Below are positions 20,348 to 30,730 of a stretch of 64,000 nt of DNA, piece after piece (position 1 is the first letter of the stretch; every line of letters begins with the position of its first letter). The DNA comes from Novosphingobium sp. GTDB taxonomy: Bacteria; Pseudomonadota; Alphaproteobacteria; Sphingomonadales; Sphingomonadaceae. The position numbers and the translations under genes were made by a program. Below the pieces are notes generated by a model that did not search any database, was not told the DNA's origin, and saw nothing but the letters and a program-made list of their open reading frames with translations. The stretch is taken from NCBI GenBank assembly GCA_046063245.1, contig JBJTLX010000212.1, positions 389 through 64,388 of the forward strand. Direction: 5' to 3'.

Positions 20348-21565
20348 TTGGCCTTGCTTGCCGTATGCATTCTTGCACCGCGCCTTGCCTATGCTCAGGC
20401 GGTAGAGCCGAAGGTGATCACGCCGGTCGATCTGTTCCTGCCGGAGGCCAGTCCCGGTGTGCGGATTGCGCCAGCCCTGGTGCTGAAGCCAGGCATCGAT
20501 GCGACCGTCCTTCACGACACGAACATCTATAACCAGGCCACGAATGCCCGGTCGGATACCCTGGCGATCGTCAGGCCGGGCCTGCAACTCGCCACCGATT
20601 GGTCGCGCCATCAGCTGAAACTGGACGCGACCGCCGACCTGCGGCGCTATTTCCGTACGCCGAACGAAAACAGCGAACAGTGGCAGATCGGCGGGCTGGC
20701 ATCGCTTGATCTTGCCAACCGGACCAAGTTCGAAGTCTCGGCAGAGATCGCGCGGCGGATCGAATTGCGCGGCACCGCTGGCGATGCGTTCAACACCGAT
20801 CGCCCGGTCCACTTTCTCGAAAAGCGCGTTGCCGCCCAGATCGCCCGAACCGGAGGGAGGCTTGAACTGATCGGCGGCGGTTCGCTGTCCCGGCTGAACT
20901 ACGGCGATGCCTCGCTCAATGCCGTAACGATCGACCTCAGCGGCCGCGATGTCGTTCTGCGGCAAGCGCATGTCCGAGCCAATTACCGCCTGGGCCCCAA
21001 ACTCGGATTGTTTGCGGATCTCAGCGGAAATCAGGTCGACTACGTTACAAACCCAGGCACGTCGCGCAATTCATCTGGTTATGGGGTGCTTGCCGGTTTG
21101 CATTACCAGGTCAGCGCCCTGCTCGATGCCGAAGTTGCCGCCGGGCATATCCGGCAGTCATTCAAGGATCCGCTGCTGCGTCCCGTGTCGGGTATCAACT
21201 ATGCCGTGACGCTCAACTGGACTCCCACGCCGCGCTGGAAAATCACTGCGGCCGGACATCGCTCGATCGAGCCCGGCCCCTTGGCGAACGTTCCGGCAAT
21301 TGTGCGCAGCAATTTCGATCTGAAAGTTCAGCGCGCCGTCAGCGATCAGGTTCTGATCGAGTTTGGCTCTGGTTTCGTTCGCGAGAGTTATCGGGGCCTT
21401 GCTCGCAACGACAACCGCTATTTCGGGCAGGTCGCGGTGTCCTACCGCCTGTCCAGCCGCCTGCTCGCCTCGGTCCTTGGCGGTTATCGCAAGCAGAACA
21501 GCACTGAACCGGGTCGAAGCTACGACGGCTTCAGCGCCGGTCTGACCCTGGGCCTGAAACTATGA
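20348..21565 (+). CDS. EPS-associated outer-membrane beta-barrel protein
   Basis: Signal peptide ending AYA-Q; DTNIY and DWSRH motifs; amphipathic strands; lies between the priming GT and wzc; start approximate. Confidence 0.75.
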   Translation: MALLAVCILAPRLAYAQAVEPKVITPVDLFLPEASPGVRIAPALVLKPGIDATVLHDTNIYNQATNARSDTLAIVRPGLQLATDWSRHQLKLDATADLRRYFRTPNENSEQWQIGGLASLDLANRTKFEVSAEIARRIELRGTAGDAFNTDRPVHFLEKRVAAQIARTGGRLELIGGGSLSRLNYGDASLNAVTIDLSGRDVVLRQAHVRANYRLGPKLGLFADLSGNQVDYVTNPGTSRNSSGYGVLAGLHYQVSALLDAEVAAGHIRQSFKDPLLRPVSGINYAVTLNWTPTPRWKITAAGHRSIEPGPLANVPAIVRSNFDLKVQRAVSDQVLIEFGSGFVRESYRGLARNDNRYFGQVAVSYRLSSRLLASVLGGYRKQNSTEPGRSYDGFSAGLTLGLKL

Positions 21566-21629
21566 GCGTCGCCGTCCTGTCCGAAGCCGCGTTGCCTCCG
21601 GTTTCCGGCGCCCCAACGGGAGAAGCCAC

Positions 21630-23762
21630 ATGAGCGCCTCACTTGAACTTGTGCAGCCCAAGGGTGGCAGCGCCATCAGCCATGGAGGAGGTCGTGCGCT
21701 TGCGGTGTCGGACAGGCTGGATCTGTCGGAGAGCATCACGTTCTTCCGCCGGCGGTTGACGCTGATAGCTGCCATTACTGCGCTGAGTGTTCTGACCGGC
21801 CTGCTGATTTCGCTGATCTTGCCCAACACCTATCGGGCGGTCAGCACCGTCATGATCGAGCCGACGACGAACGATCTCAACGCGCCCGGGACAATCAGCG
21901 CGCCAGCCCCGACGATTACCAGCGAACTTCTTGAAACCCAGGGGCAGATCATCGGATCGCGCGAAATGGCGGCTACCGTTGCCAAGGCGTTGGGCCTCGA
22001 TGCGAGTATGAACGAGGCTCAACAAGGCCAGCTTCTGGACGCGATGCAGCAGAATGTCGGTGCAAAAAGGTCAGGCACCAGCTTTGCATTGAACATTGCA
22101 TATGATGCGCGGGATCCGGTGTTCGCGGCCAAGGTTGCCAACCAATATGCCAGCGAGTTCGCCAGTTGGGACATGAAGGCGGCACGCGCCCGCAATGTCC
22201 AGGCTCGATCCGAGGTAGAAGCACGGCTTGCCGAACTGAGAAACCAGGCCCAGGCCGATACCCAGGCCCTCCAGCAATACCGGATTGCCAACAATCTCTT
22301 GTCCACATCGGGCACTTCGCTCACCGAACAGGAAATCTCGAACTACAACATCGAAACCACTAAGGCGCGGGCGGAAGCGGCGGCAGACGAAGCCCGGTTG
22401 CAGACCGCACTCGCCCAGCTGCGTTCCGGATCGTCCGGCGACGATGTTGGCGAAGCCCTCAGTTCGCCGGTGATCTCATCCCTGCGAACCCAGGAAGCAG
22501 CCCTGGCCGGGGAAGTGGCCAACCTTTCGACCCGCTACGGCAAGAATTATCCCGAGCTCATCCAGAAGCAAGGTCAGCTCGCCGAAGTTCGCGCTAGCAT
22601 CCAGGCCGAAATCGAGCGTGTCATTTCCAACCTGCGCGCGAAACAGGAGGTTTCAGCCCAGCGTTTGGCATCGCTCAACGCAAGTCTGGGAGGCGCCCGA
22701 GGCAAGCTGACAGAGAACAATGCCGCGATGGTCGGGCTTTCCGGTCTTGAACGGAATGCTGAGGCTTCGCAGGGCATCTATGAAACCTATCTCGCCCGCT
22801 ACAAGCAACTGCTTGCGGCGGATGGTACGGAGAAATCGAATGCACGCATTCTGACCCCTGCGGTCGTGCCGTCGAAACCCACCTCTCCGAACCTCAAGCT
22901 CAATCTCGCGCTATCCCTGGTTATCGGCTTGGGTCTAGGCGTGATTGCGGCCTATATTGCCGAAGCGCTGTTTCACGGTGTCACCAGTGCCGACGAAGTG
23001 CAGCGCGACCTCGGTGAGCACTTCCTCTCCTCAATCCCGCTGATTGCATCGATAGACCGGCGCAATCCCCATGCGATCGAAGCCATGCAGGAAGACCCGA
23101 AATCGGTCTTCACGGAATCGATCCGCTCGCTGGGAATTTCGATCGATCACGCAACGGAATCCTTGCCCAAGGTGATCGCCATCACCTCTGCACTTCCCGG
23201 CGAGGGCAAGACCGTGATCTCTTGCAGCCTGGCCCACGTGCTGGCCGAAAGCGGTGAACGCACGGTGCTGATCGACTGCGATTTCCGGCGCAGCGGCATC
23301 AGCCGTCTGTTGGGCGTGCGGCAGGATCAATTCGGCCTGCGGGAAATCCTCGATGGCAGTTCGAAGTTCCATTTCGACCAGATGATCGGCGACCGGACGT
23401 TCTGCATCATCCCCTGGACGCCAAGCACGGACAACCGCGAACATCTGCTGAGCGGCCACGAATTTGCCGATTTCATTGCCGAACTACGCAACCATTTCGA
23501 TCGGATAATCCTCGATCTGCCGCCGATCCTGCCGGTCGCGGCGACGCGCACGATTGCCCGGCAGGCGGATGCGGTTGTGCTCGCGGTACGTTGGCGCAAG
23601 ACATCGAGCTTCGCGATCAAGGCGGCCCGTAGCCGGTTGCCGCAGGAACTGGTCAACGTGGTCGGCGTTGCGCTCAATCAGGTCGACATCCGGCGCCGCG
23701 GCTACTTCGACCCCAACGACGTTTCCTATTACTACAACCAGTACAAGGAGTACTACGCGTGA
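21630..23762 (+). CDS. wzc: Wzc polysaccharide co-polymerase / tyrosine autokinase
   Basis: Two TM helices flanking a coiled coil; Walker A GEGKT; IDCDFRR; DLPP; Tyr cluster YYYNQYKEYYA. Confidence 0.93.
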   Translation: MSASLELVQPKGGSAISHGGGRALAVSDRLDLSESITFFRRRLTLIAAITALSVLTGLLISLILPNTYRAVSTVMIEPTTNDLNAPGTISAPAPTITSELLETQGQIIGSREMAATVAKALGLDASMNEAQQGQLLDAMQQNVGAKRSGTSFALNIAYDARDPVFAAKVANQYASEFASWDMKAARARNVQARSEVEARLAELRNQAQADTQALQQYRIANNLLSTSGTSLTEQEISNYNIETTKARAEAAADEARLQTALAQLRSGSSGDDVGEALSSPVISSLRTQEAALAGEVANLSTRYGKNYPELIQKQGQLAEVRASIQAEIERVISNLRAKQEVSAQRLASLNASLGGARGKLTENNAAMVGLSGLERNAEASQGIYETYLARYKQLLAADGTEKSNARILTPAVVPSKPTSPNLKLNLALSLVIGLGLGVIAAYIAEALFHGVTSADEVQRDLGEHFLSSIPLIASIDRRNPHAIEAMQEDPKSVFTESIRSLGISIDHATESLPKVIAITSALPGEGKTVISCSLAHVLAESGERTVLIDCDFRRSGISRLLGVRQDQFGLREILDGSSKFHFDQMIGDRTFCIIPWTPSTDNREHLLSGHEFADFIAELRNHFDRIILDLPPILPVAATRTIARQADAVVLAVRWRKTSSFAIKAARSRLPQELVNVVGVALNQVDIRRRGYFDPNDVSYYYNQYKEYYA

Positions 23763-24898
23763 CCACGGGTTCGGGCGGTCTTGCGCCCGCCTATATCCCG
23801 GCGCCAAGACCGTTTTCCGAACCGCGGGTCGCACTCGTTCACTACTGGCTGGTTTCGATGCGCGGCGGGGAGAGAGTGCTCGAACGCCTGCTCGACCTCT
23901 ACCCCGCGGCTGACATTTTCACCCACGTTTACGATCCGGCGCAGATCTCGTCGCGGCTCAACCAGGCCAGCATCAAGACCAGCATGATCGACCGGATGCC
24001 GTTCTCGCGGCGGTTCTACCAGTACTACCTGCCGTTGATGCCGATGGCGCTGGAAGAGCTGGACCTCAGCGCATACGACTTGGTCATCAGCAGCGAATCC
24101 GGACCGGCCAAGGGGGTCATAACACGGCCCGATAGCCGCCACCTGTGCTATTGCCATTCGCCGATGCGCTACTTGTGGGATCACTACCACCAGTACAAGC
24201 GCGAGGCCAACCCGCTGACCCGGCTGGTCATGCCGCCACTGTACCATCGCTTGCGCAACTGGGACGTCAGTGCGAGTGCGCGCGTGGACAGGTTTGCGGC
24301 CAATTCGCGCTTCATCCGCAGCCGCATTGCCAAAGTCTGGCGGCGGGATGCGGACGTGATCCATCCGCCAGTCGAAACGAGCCTGTTCACACCGTCGCTC
24401 GATACCGACGATTACTACCTGTGGGTCGGACAGATGGTGCCCTACAAGCGCCCCGACCTGGCGGTGGAGGCCTTTAATCGCAACGGGCGCAAGCTGCTGA
24501 TGGTCGGCACCGGCAGCATGCTCGGAAAGCTCCGGGCGCGCGCCGCGCCCAATATCGAATTCGTCGAACGCATGGATTTCGCAGCCTTGCGCAAGGCCTA
24601 TGCGCGTGCCCGCGCCCTGGTGATGACTGCCGAAGAGGATTTCGGCATCACTCCGGTCGAGGCCATGGCATCGGGCCGCCCGGTCGTCGCCTATGGCCGG
24701 GGAGGCGTGCTGGACAGCGTGATACCCGAGAGCACGGGGCTGTTCTTCGCAGCGGACGAAGCCGAAGCGCTTGTCGAAGCAGTCGAACAGATGGAGCGGT
24801 TCCTTCCCCATTTCGATCCGCGCGATGCGATCAGTCAGGCCAACCGTTTCGCGCCGGACGTGTTCGACCGCAAGATGCGCGCGTTTGTGGACGTATAG
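23759..24898 (+). CDS. Glycosyltransferase family 4
   Basis: RGGERVL, YCHSPMRY and EEDFGITPVEAMASG motifs; GTGA overlap with wzc. Confidence 0.92.
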   Translation: MTTGSGGLAPAYIPAPRPFSEPRVALVHYWLVSMRGGERVLERLLDLYPAADIFTHVYDPAQISSRLNQASIKTSMIDRMPFSRRFYQYYLPLMPMALEELDLSAYDLVISSESGPAKGVITRPDSRHLCYCHSPMRYLWDHYHQYKREANPLTRLVMPPLYHRLRNWDVSASARVDRFAANSRFIRSRIAKVWRRDADVIHPPVETSLFTPSLDTDDYYLWVGQMVPYKRPDLAVEAFNRNGRKLLMVGTGSMLGKLRARAAPNIEFVERMDFAALRKAYARARALVMTAEEDFGITPVEAMASGRPVVAYGRGGVLDSVIPESTGLFFAADEAEALVEAVEQMERFLPHFDPRDAISQANRFAPDVFDRKMRAFVDV

Positions 24899-24914
24899 GG
24901 GAGGTAGAGTCAGG

Positions 24915-25784
24915 GTGGGTGCTTCCTTGCAACAGGTCGCCAAGAGCGCCGTCATGCCGGTGCTCGGGCTTGCCGCACGAAGATACGTTGCGGGAGAGAC
25001 CCTGGGCGACGCCGTCGACCTGGCACTCCGCGCGAAGGCACAAGGGCTGCGCTGCACGCTGTGCTACTGGAACGACCGCAACGAAGATCCGGCCCACGTC
25101 GCGTCGAACTACGCCGCGATCCTCGACCGCATTGGTCACGAAACGTTGGACGGGGCATTGGCGGTCAAGGCTCCGGCCCTGCACGAGCGAGACGATCTGA
25201 TCGATCGCGTGGTCACGCAGGCACGTAGTCGAGACATCCCGCTGATCTTCGATGCCCATGCCCCGGACCAGAGCGACGCAACCTTGCGCATTCTCGAGCG
25301 CCACGGCGGGGCGGGGCTTGGCATGGCCATTCCCGGACGCTGGGACCGGAGTCTGCGCGATGTCGACCGGGCGATTGAAATGGGCGCACGAGTCCGCGTG
25401 GTGAAAGGCGAATGGGCCGATCCAAAGAATCCGAAAATGGATCTGAGGGCAGGCTACCTCCGGATCATCCGCAGCCTGGCAGGTCGGGCCAGGTTTGTTG
25501 GCGTCGCAACGCACGATGCCCCGCTGGCAGCACAGGCCATGCAGATTCTTGCGGATGCCGGCACACCGTTCGAACAGGAGTTCGTCTTCCCGTTGCCGAT
25601 TGCCGCCGCATTGCGCGAGGGCGAACGGTTCGGGGCAGGAGCGCGGCTTTACATCCCTTACGGGGAGGCGTGGCTGCCCTATTCGCTCAAGCGGGTCATG
25701 GGCAATCCGAAGATGCTCTATTGGCTTGGCAAGGATCTGTTCGGCAGAAAGAAGTTCGAGCTGATTGGCAGTTCGACCGCCTAG
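24915..25784 (+). CDS. Diverged proline dehydrogenase-fold flavoprotein
   Basis: RYVAGET, RVVKGEW, VATHD and LYIPYG..WLPY motifs; GGGGAGG RBS with GTG start. Confidence 0.75.
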   Translation: MGASLQQVAKSAVMPVLGLAARRYVAGETLGDAVDLALRAKAQGLRCTLCYWNDRNEDPAHVASNYAAILDRIGHETLDGALAVKAPALHERDDLIDRVVTQARSRDIPLIFDAHAPDQSDATLRILERHGGAGLGMAIPGRWDRSLRDVDRAIEMGARVRVVKGEWADPKNPKMDLRAGYLRIIRSLAGRARFVGVATHDAPLAAQAMQILADAGTPFEQEFVFPLPIAAALREGERFGAGARLYIPYGEAWLPYSLKRVMGNPKMLYWLGKDLFGRKKFELIGSSTA

Positions 25785-25872
25785 ATTTCTGGCAATCCTA
25801 CCTGGTATGCTTGGCGTTCGGTGATTGCCTGACACCTGTGCTTGGGCCGCGCAGCGACAAGACATGCGGGTT

Positions 25873-25906
25873 GGCGGAGACTGGTTCGACTGGGACTGAC
25901 AGCTCC
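25873..25906 (+). mobile_element. IS6-family right-end remnant
   Basis: cggagactggttcgactgggactgacagctcc resembles the right ends at 48098-48129 and 42949-42972. Confidence 0.55.
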
Positions 25907-26167
25907 GCCAGATAATATGCTGAAAAAACAGCGAATTATACTGCAAATCCCATGTCAATGTCGAAGTGTGTGGTGGTGTTGAATTCTCGTATTTCTCGGC
26001 ATAACAGTCAGATAGCCTTGGGATCTCACGCTTCACTGAATTGCGGGCATTGTTGGGAGTATCGGTCTACGGACATTAGGGCATTGCCCTAGAATTCCTG
26101 CAATCTTCGAGTTTGAGCTCCTCAGATTGATCATTTGCGAGCTGGAGTATCGATCTTGTGCGTAACG

Positions 26168-26340
26168 TGATCTCGTGCATCGCGTTAACCGCCAGTTCCG
26201 GTGAGTGGTTCTGTTCCAGGATCGCGCGCTGGTCGGGATACTGGTGCAGCCCCCAGGCATAGGCACTCATCGAATTGCGGGTGGTATCGTTGCCGCCGAC
26301 AATTAGCAGGATCAGGTTCGCCAGAAACTCGCCCGGATCA
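26168..26340 (-). pseudogene. Cytochrome P450 (CYP153-like) internal fragment
   Basis: EFLANLILLIVGGNDTTRNSMS I-helix to ..AMHEI; no heme-Cys region and no N-terminus. Confidence 0.8.
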
Positions 26341-26525
26341 TCGCCTCGAACGCGCCGCTTGGCATTCGCGTAACCAAGACTGCGGGACGCAAATTCATCG
26401 AAGCCGGGGAACAGGCAGCGATCGATGCGATTCCCCGGATCAAGGGTCAGGTCATGAACAGCGCTGATGCGGCTGAGGGCATTCAGTCGTTCGTGGAGCG
26501 CCGTGCGGCAGTGTTTCAAGGGAGG
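26337..26525 (+). pseudogene. Enoyl-CoA hydratase/crotonase C-terminal fragment
   Basis: Hand translation: IASNAPLGIRVTK...NSADAAEGIQSFVERRAAVFQGR; no upstream part or start codon. Confidence 0.75.
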
Positions 26526-26742
26526 TATGGGTCGACCAGCCGCGGTTGAAGGCGTCGGGGCGGCCGGCCGCAGCACCCGCATTGTATCGTGCGACGGTTG
26601 CAACCAGCGCGGGTGATATGCCGCAGAGCTTTGTCAGTTCCTCCAGCGTCGCCGCACTTTTCAGATAGCCGCGACCTAGCGGTTGGCCGTCGCAGCAATT
26701 CTCGTTATAGCGCGCGGTTCCGCAAATCTGTGTGGCTCCATC

Positions 26743-27279
26743 TTGTCGATCACCGAACCCATTGCCGCTACGGCAGGCCTGGAAGCCGTACTCCTAGCCA
26801 ACCGCGGAGCACTGCTACGCTTCCTCTCGGCGCGCGGTGCGGGTGACGCCGCCGAAGACATCCTTCACGAAGTCTGGTTGAGAGTGTCCCAGGCCAGCAG
26901 CGTCAGCGGCCCGATTGCCGCACCCTTGGCTTACCTCTATCGAGCCGCGAACAGTGTGATGATCGACCGCTATAGGGCGCGCCGCCAGGCGGAGGCGCGG
27001 GGCGAAGCCTGGGCAGAGCATCAGGCCGCCAGCGACCCGGCTGCCACGGCGTCGCCCGAACGAATTGCGATCGCACGCGACACCCTGGCCGCGATTTTTC
27101 GTGCACTGCAAGCTGCAAGTCCGCGCGCGGCGACCGTTTTTCGCAGGCACCGAGTGGAAGAGGTGCCACAGCGCGCAATTGCGGCAGAACTGGGTGTCAG
27201 TCTCTCCACCGTGGAAAGCGATCTGCGTAGCGCATACCGCGTGATTGCCGAATTCCGGGAGCGTGACAATGAGGTTTGA
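26743..27279 (+). CDS. ECF sigma factor (FecI-like)
   Basis: AEDILHEVW, AYLYRAANS and region-4 IAAELGVSLSTVESDL; start approximate. Confidence 0.88.
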   Translation: MSITEPIAATAGLEAVLLANRGALLRFLSARGAGDAAEDILHEVWLRVSQASSVSGPIAAPLAYLYRAANSVMIDRYRARRQAEARGEAWAEHQAASDPAATASPERIAIARDTLAAIFRALQAASPRAATVFRRHRVEEVPQRAIAAELGVSLSTVESDLRSAYRVIAEFRERDNEV

Positions 27280-27317
27280 GCGCAGCGACTCCGTCATAGG
27301 GTCAGGAGGCCGTGGCC

Positions 27318-28241
27318 ATGGCGATTGATCCAAGGAAGCTGGACGAGGCGGCAAGCTGGGCGGTGCGAACCGGTGATCCGGCTTTTGCCGATTGGGACGG
27401 CTTTACGGCGTGGCTCGAAAGGGATCCGAACCATGCCGAAGCCTACGACCGGGTTATGGGTGCGGTCGAAGGCGTTGTCGAAGCGGTCAGAACGAATCCA
27501 GAGGCCATCCCTGCCGCGGACAGTGTCGCAGCGTCGCACACTGGACGCGGCCCGTTCCGTGCCTGGATTGGCGGGGCCATGGCTGCCGCGCTGGTGCTTG
27601 CCGCTGTTCTCGGCTTGCAACTGCGCAGCGGCGGCACGGAATATGTAACTGTGCCAGGTGAGACGCGTAGCGTCGCGCTTGGCGATGGCAGCCGGATAAC
27701 GCTTGCTGGCGGCACGCGGCTGACGCTGACAAGTGATCGGGCCGTTCGACTCGACCAGGGACAGGCGCTGTTCGAAGTGCGTCACGATGCCGCACGGCCG
27801 TTTGTCGTGGCCGCGGGCGAGGCAACGCTGGTCGATGTCGGCACTGTCTTCGATGTCAGGCGCGAAGCAGACGCAACAATCGTCGGGGTCAGCGAGGGTG
27901 CGGTGGTGTTCAATCCGAAGCGGCAGAACCTGCGCATCGACCCCGGACAGCAGGCGCAGCTGCGCCGCGGGTCGGACCGCATCGTTCGCAGTTTGGTACC
28001 GATCGCGGCAATCGGCGAATGGCGCGAAGGCCGGCTGACTTTCCGCGACGCGTCCCTTGCCGATGTGGCCGCCGAATTGACCCGTTCTACGGGGGTTGCC
28101 TTCGAAGCGAGACCAGGTGGTTCGCGGCGTGTATCGGGCAGTATCGTTGTCGCCCCGCTACGCAGCGATCCGGTAGCGCTCGGCCCCCTGCTTGGCGTCA
28201 CCATGACGCGGTCGGGAGACCGTTGGACGATCGAGCCCTGA
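27318..28241 (+). CDS. fecR: FecR-family anti-sigma / signal transducer
   Basis: EAASW..WL...HAEAY N-domain, TM helix, LGDGSRITL, GTVFDV and WREGRLTF motifs. Confidence 0.9.
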   Translation: MAIDPRKLDEAASWAVRTGDPAFADWDGFTAWLERDPNHAEAYDRVMGAVEGVVEAVRTNPEAIPAADSVAASHTGRGPFRAWIGGAMAAALVLAAVLGLQLRSGGTEYVTVPGETRSVALGDGSRITLAGGTRLTLTSDRAVRLDQGQALFEVRHDAARPFVVAAGEATLVDVGTVFDVRREADATIVGVSEGAVVFNPKRQNLRIDPGQQAQLRRGSDRIVRSLVPIAAIGEWREGRLTFRDASLADVAAELTRSTGVAFEARPGGSRRVSGSIVVAPLRSDPVALGPLLGVTMTRSGDRWTIEP

Positions 28242-28243
28242 TC

Positions 28244-30628
28244 ATGTTGCGGCTCAGGTACGGACTTCTGACCACTCTGGTTGCACTTGCCGCGCCAGCT
28301 TATGCCAACGAGGCGCAGCTCGATGTGCCCCAAGGCCGGCTGGGTGACGCTGCCGTGCTGGCGGCACGACAGACCGGAAGCACCATCGTGATCGTCGATG
28401 AAACCCTGGCCAAACGGCGCGTCGGGCCGCTGCGCGGGCCAATGTCGGCAAGGCAGGCGGCGGAACGACTGGCGCGGGCCGCTGGTGGACGTCTGGTGGT
28501 GATCAACGCGGCGGCCTTCCGGATAGAGCGCGGACCCGCCGTCCGGCCACGTCTCGCCGCTATGGAACGTCCGGCAGAACCCGCAAGGAAGCCGGCTCCG
28601 AAAATGCCGCCCGAAGCCTTCTCCGACCAGCCAATCATAGTCGTGGCAAGCAAGCGTGACCTGGCACTGCGCGACTTTGCCGGGCAGGTCCATCAGATCG
28701 AGGGCAGCGATCTTGTGTTTGGCGGAGTTGGCGGGACCGACCGGATCGCTGCCCGGATCGCAACCGTATCCACCACGCACCTCGGGACCGGGCGGAACAA
28801 GCTGTTCATCCGCGGGATTGCCGATTCCAGCTTCACCGGGCCAACACAGTCGACGGTTGGCCAATATCTTGGCGATCTGCGGCTGAGCTATAACGCCCCC
28901 GATCCCGATCTGCGCCTGTCGGATATGCGCGCGGTCGAAGTCCTCGAAGGCCCGCAAGGCACGCTTTATGGAGCAGGGTCGCTCGGCGGGATCGTGCGAC
29001 TTGTGCCTAACGAGCCCGATCTGGGTGCGGTAGGTGCTTCGGGAATTGTCGGCGCTAGCGCGACCGCGCACGGCGAACCGGGTTTCGACGCCAATGTGGT
29101 GGTCAACCTGCCACTGGTCGAGGATCGGATCGGATTGCGGATTGCTGCCGACGGGGAACGGCAAGGCGGTTACATCGACAAACCGCTGCTCGGACGAGAC
29201 AACGTCAACCGGACATGGGTTGGCGCTGTGCGCGGATCGCTTCGCGGGCGTCTCGCGGAAGGCTGGACGCTGGACTTGATTGGCCTGGCCCAGGCAACTC
29301 GCGGTGACGACAGCCAATACGCTGACCGTGGTGGACCGCCGCTGGAACGCAGCGCGCGCGTCAGTGAGGGGTACCGCGCGGACTATGGCCAGGGGCAATT
29401 CGTTTTGTCGGGGAGAATTGGGAACATCCACCTGAGGTCTTCAACCGGTGCCACCCGGCAGGATCTGTCCGAGCGTTATGACGCAACGTTGCCGGATGGG
29501 CCCGAGCGCCTTTTCGTGCAGCGCAATCGAACCCGCCTGTTCGCGAACGAGACCCGGATCTGGCAACCTCTTGGTCGGCGTTTCGGCTGGATTGCCGGAG
29601 TCAGCTATACCCACAACAATACACGGTTGCAGCGTGAATTGCAGGCGTCCGGCGCCATTACGCCGTCTACCGGCGTCGCCAACAGCATCGATGAAATCAC
29701 CCTTTACGGCGAGGCGAGTGCCCGGCTGTTCGATGGCTTGGTGGCAACCGCCGGCGGCCGCCTGACCTGGTCGACGCTCGATGGCTCGGGCGAAGACGTC
29801 AGCCCGGAGATCGCGCTGGCAAACCGCGCGATAACAGCGCGGCGGACCGAACGCATGGCACTGCCTTCGCTGGCCCTGACTGCGCAGCCCCTCACCGCCA
29901 TGACCTTGTATCTGCGCTATCAGGAAGGTTTCCGGCCGGGCGGTCTGACGGTCGACAACGATTTCGTCCGCCGTTTCCGCAACGACCGGATTTCTACAAT
30001 CGAGTTCGGATTCCGCCGCGGATCGGCGGGACGGGGACCATTCGATCTTGCCGCCAGCGTTTCCTATACCGACTGGCGCGACATACAGGCCGACTACATC
30101 GATCTGGCCGGCCTGCCGACTACAGCCAATGTTGGCAACGGGCAGATCTGGACGTTTACGCTATCAGGCGGTGCCATGCTTGCCCCCGGTCTGCGTGTCG
30201 ACGCTGGCGGCGTGATCAATCGAAGCCGGATTTCAAAACCCAATCTGTATGCAGCCGTGCTGGGACCATCGCTTATCCCAATCACTGAAGTTCCCAACGT
30301 CGCCAAGGTCGCGGCGCGCATCGGTATCGACTATCGTCGCAGCCTGGGCTCTGTGGCCGAGCTCCATGCACAAGGCTGGGCGCGATACGTCGGCCAGTCG
30401 CGCCTTGGCGTGGGGCCCGAACTTGGCGATCTGCAAGGTGACTATCTGGAAACCGGCGCGACCGTTCGGATCGGCACTGCTGCGCAAGGCGCAACCCTTT
30501 CGATCACCAACATACCTGACGTTACAGGCAACCGTTTCGCGCTTGGCACCCCGTTCGCGATCGGACGTAATCAGGTAACCCCGCTGCGTCCGCTGACCGT
30601 GCGCCTGGGCTTCGACGCCCGCTTCTGA
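28244..30628 (+). CDS. TonB-dependent receptor with N-terminal signalling extension
   Basis: STN-like N-domain; IIVVASKR; VEVLEGPQGTLYGAG; GFRPGG; C-terminal Phe. Confidence 0.9.
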   Translation: MLRLRYGLLTTLVALAAPAYANEAQLDVPQGRLGDAAVLAARQTGSTIVIVDETLAKRRVGPLRGPMSARQAAERLARAAGGRLVVINAAAFRIERGPAVRPRLAAMERPAEPARKPAPKMPPEAFSDQPIIVVASKRDLALRDFAGQVHQIEGSDLVFGGVGGTDRIAARIATVSTTHLGTGRNKLFIRGIADSSFTGPTQSTVGQYLGDLRLSYNAPDPDLRLSDMRAVEVLEGPQGTLYGAGSLGGIVRLVPNEPDLGAVGASGIVGASATAHGEPGFDANVVVNLPLVEDRIGLRIAADGERQGGYIDKPLLGRDNVNRTWVGAVRGSLRGRLAEGWTLDLIGLAQATRGDDSQYADRGGPPLERSARVSEGYRADYGQGQFVLSGRIGNIHLRSSTGATRQDLSERYDATLPDGPERLFVQRNRTRLFANETRIWQPLGRRFGWIAGVSYTHNNTRLQRELQASGAITPSTGVANSIDEITLYGEASARLFDGLVATAGGRLTWSTLDGSGEDVSPEIALANRAITARRTERMALPSLALTAQPLTAMTLYLRYQEGFRPGGLTVDNDFVRRFRNDRISTIEFGFRRGSAGRGPFDLAASVSYTDWRDIQADYIDLAGLPTTANVGNGQIWTFTLSGGAMLAPGLRVDAGGVINRSRISKPNLYAAVLGPSLIPITEVPNVAKVAARIGIDYRRSLGSVAELHAQGWARYVGQSRLGVGPELGDLQGDYLETGATVRIGTAAQGATLSITNIPDVTGNRFALGTPFAIGRNQVTPLRPLTVRLGFDARF

Positions 30629-30630
30629 CC

Positions 30631-30660
30631 TTGCGGCCGGGCGGCCGGCAATATTTTTGT
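30631..30660 (+). terminator. Possible intrinsic terminator or hairpin after the TBDR
   Basis: Imperfect GC stem ttgcggccg/cggccggcaa followed by tattttt. Confidence 0.4.
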
Positions 30661-30730
30661 TGGAGCCGCCAAGGCTGCGACGCCCCGTCTCCGTCTTCCC
30701 TTTCGACACCTGAGAGGGAGACTGTTTCCG

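Noticed and set aside
26076-26603. 175-aa ORF as a functional P450
   Set aside because: Only ~58 codons are P450-like; the rest is antisense crotonase and unrelated DNA; no heme Cys
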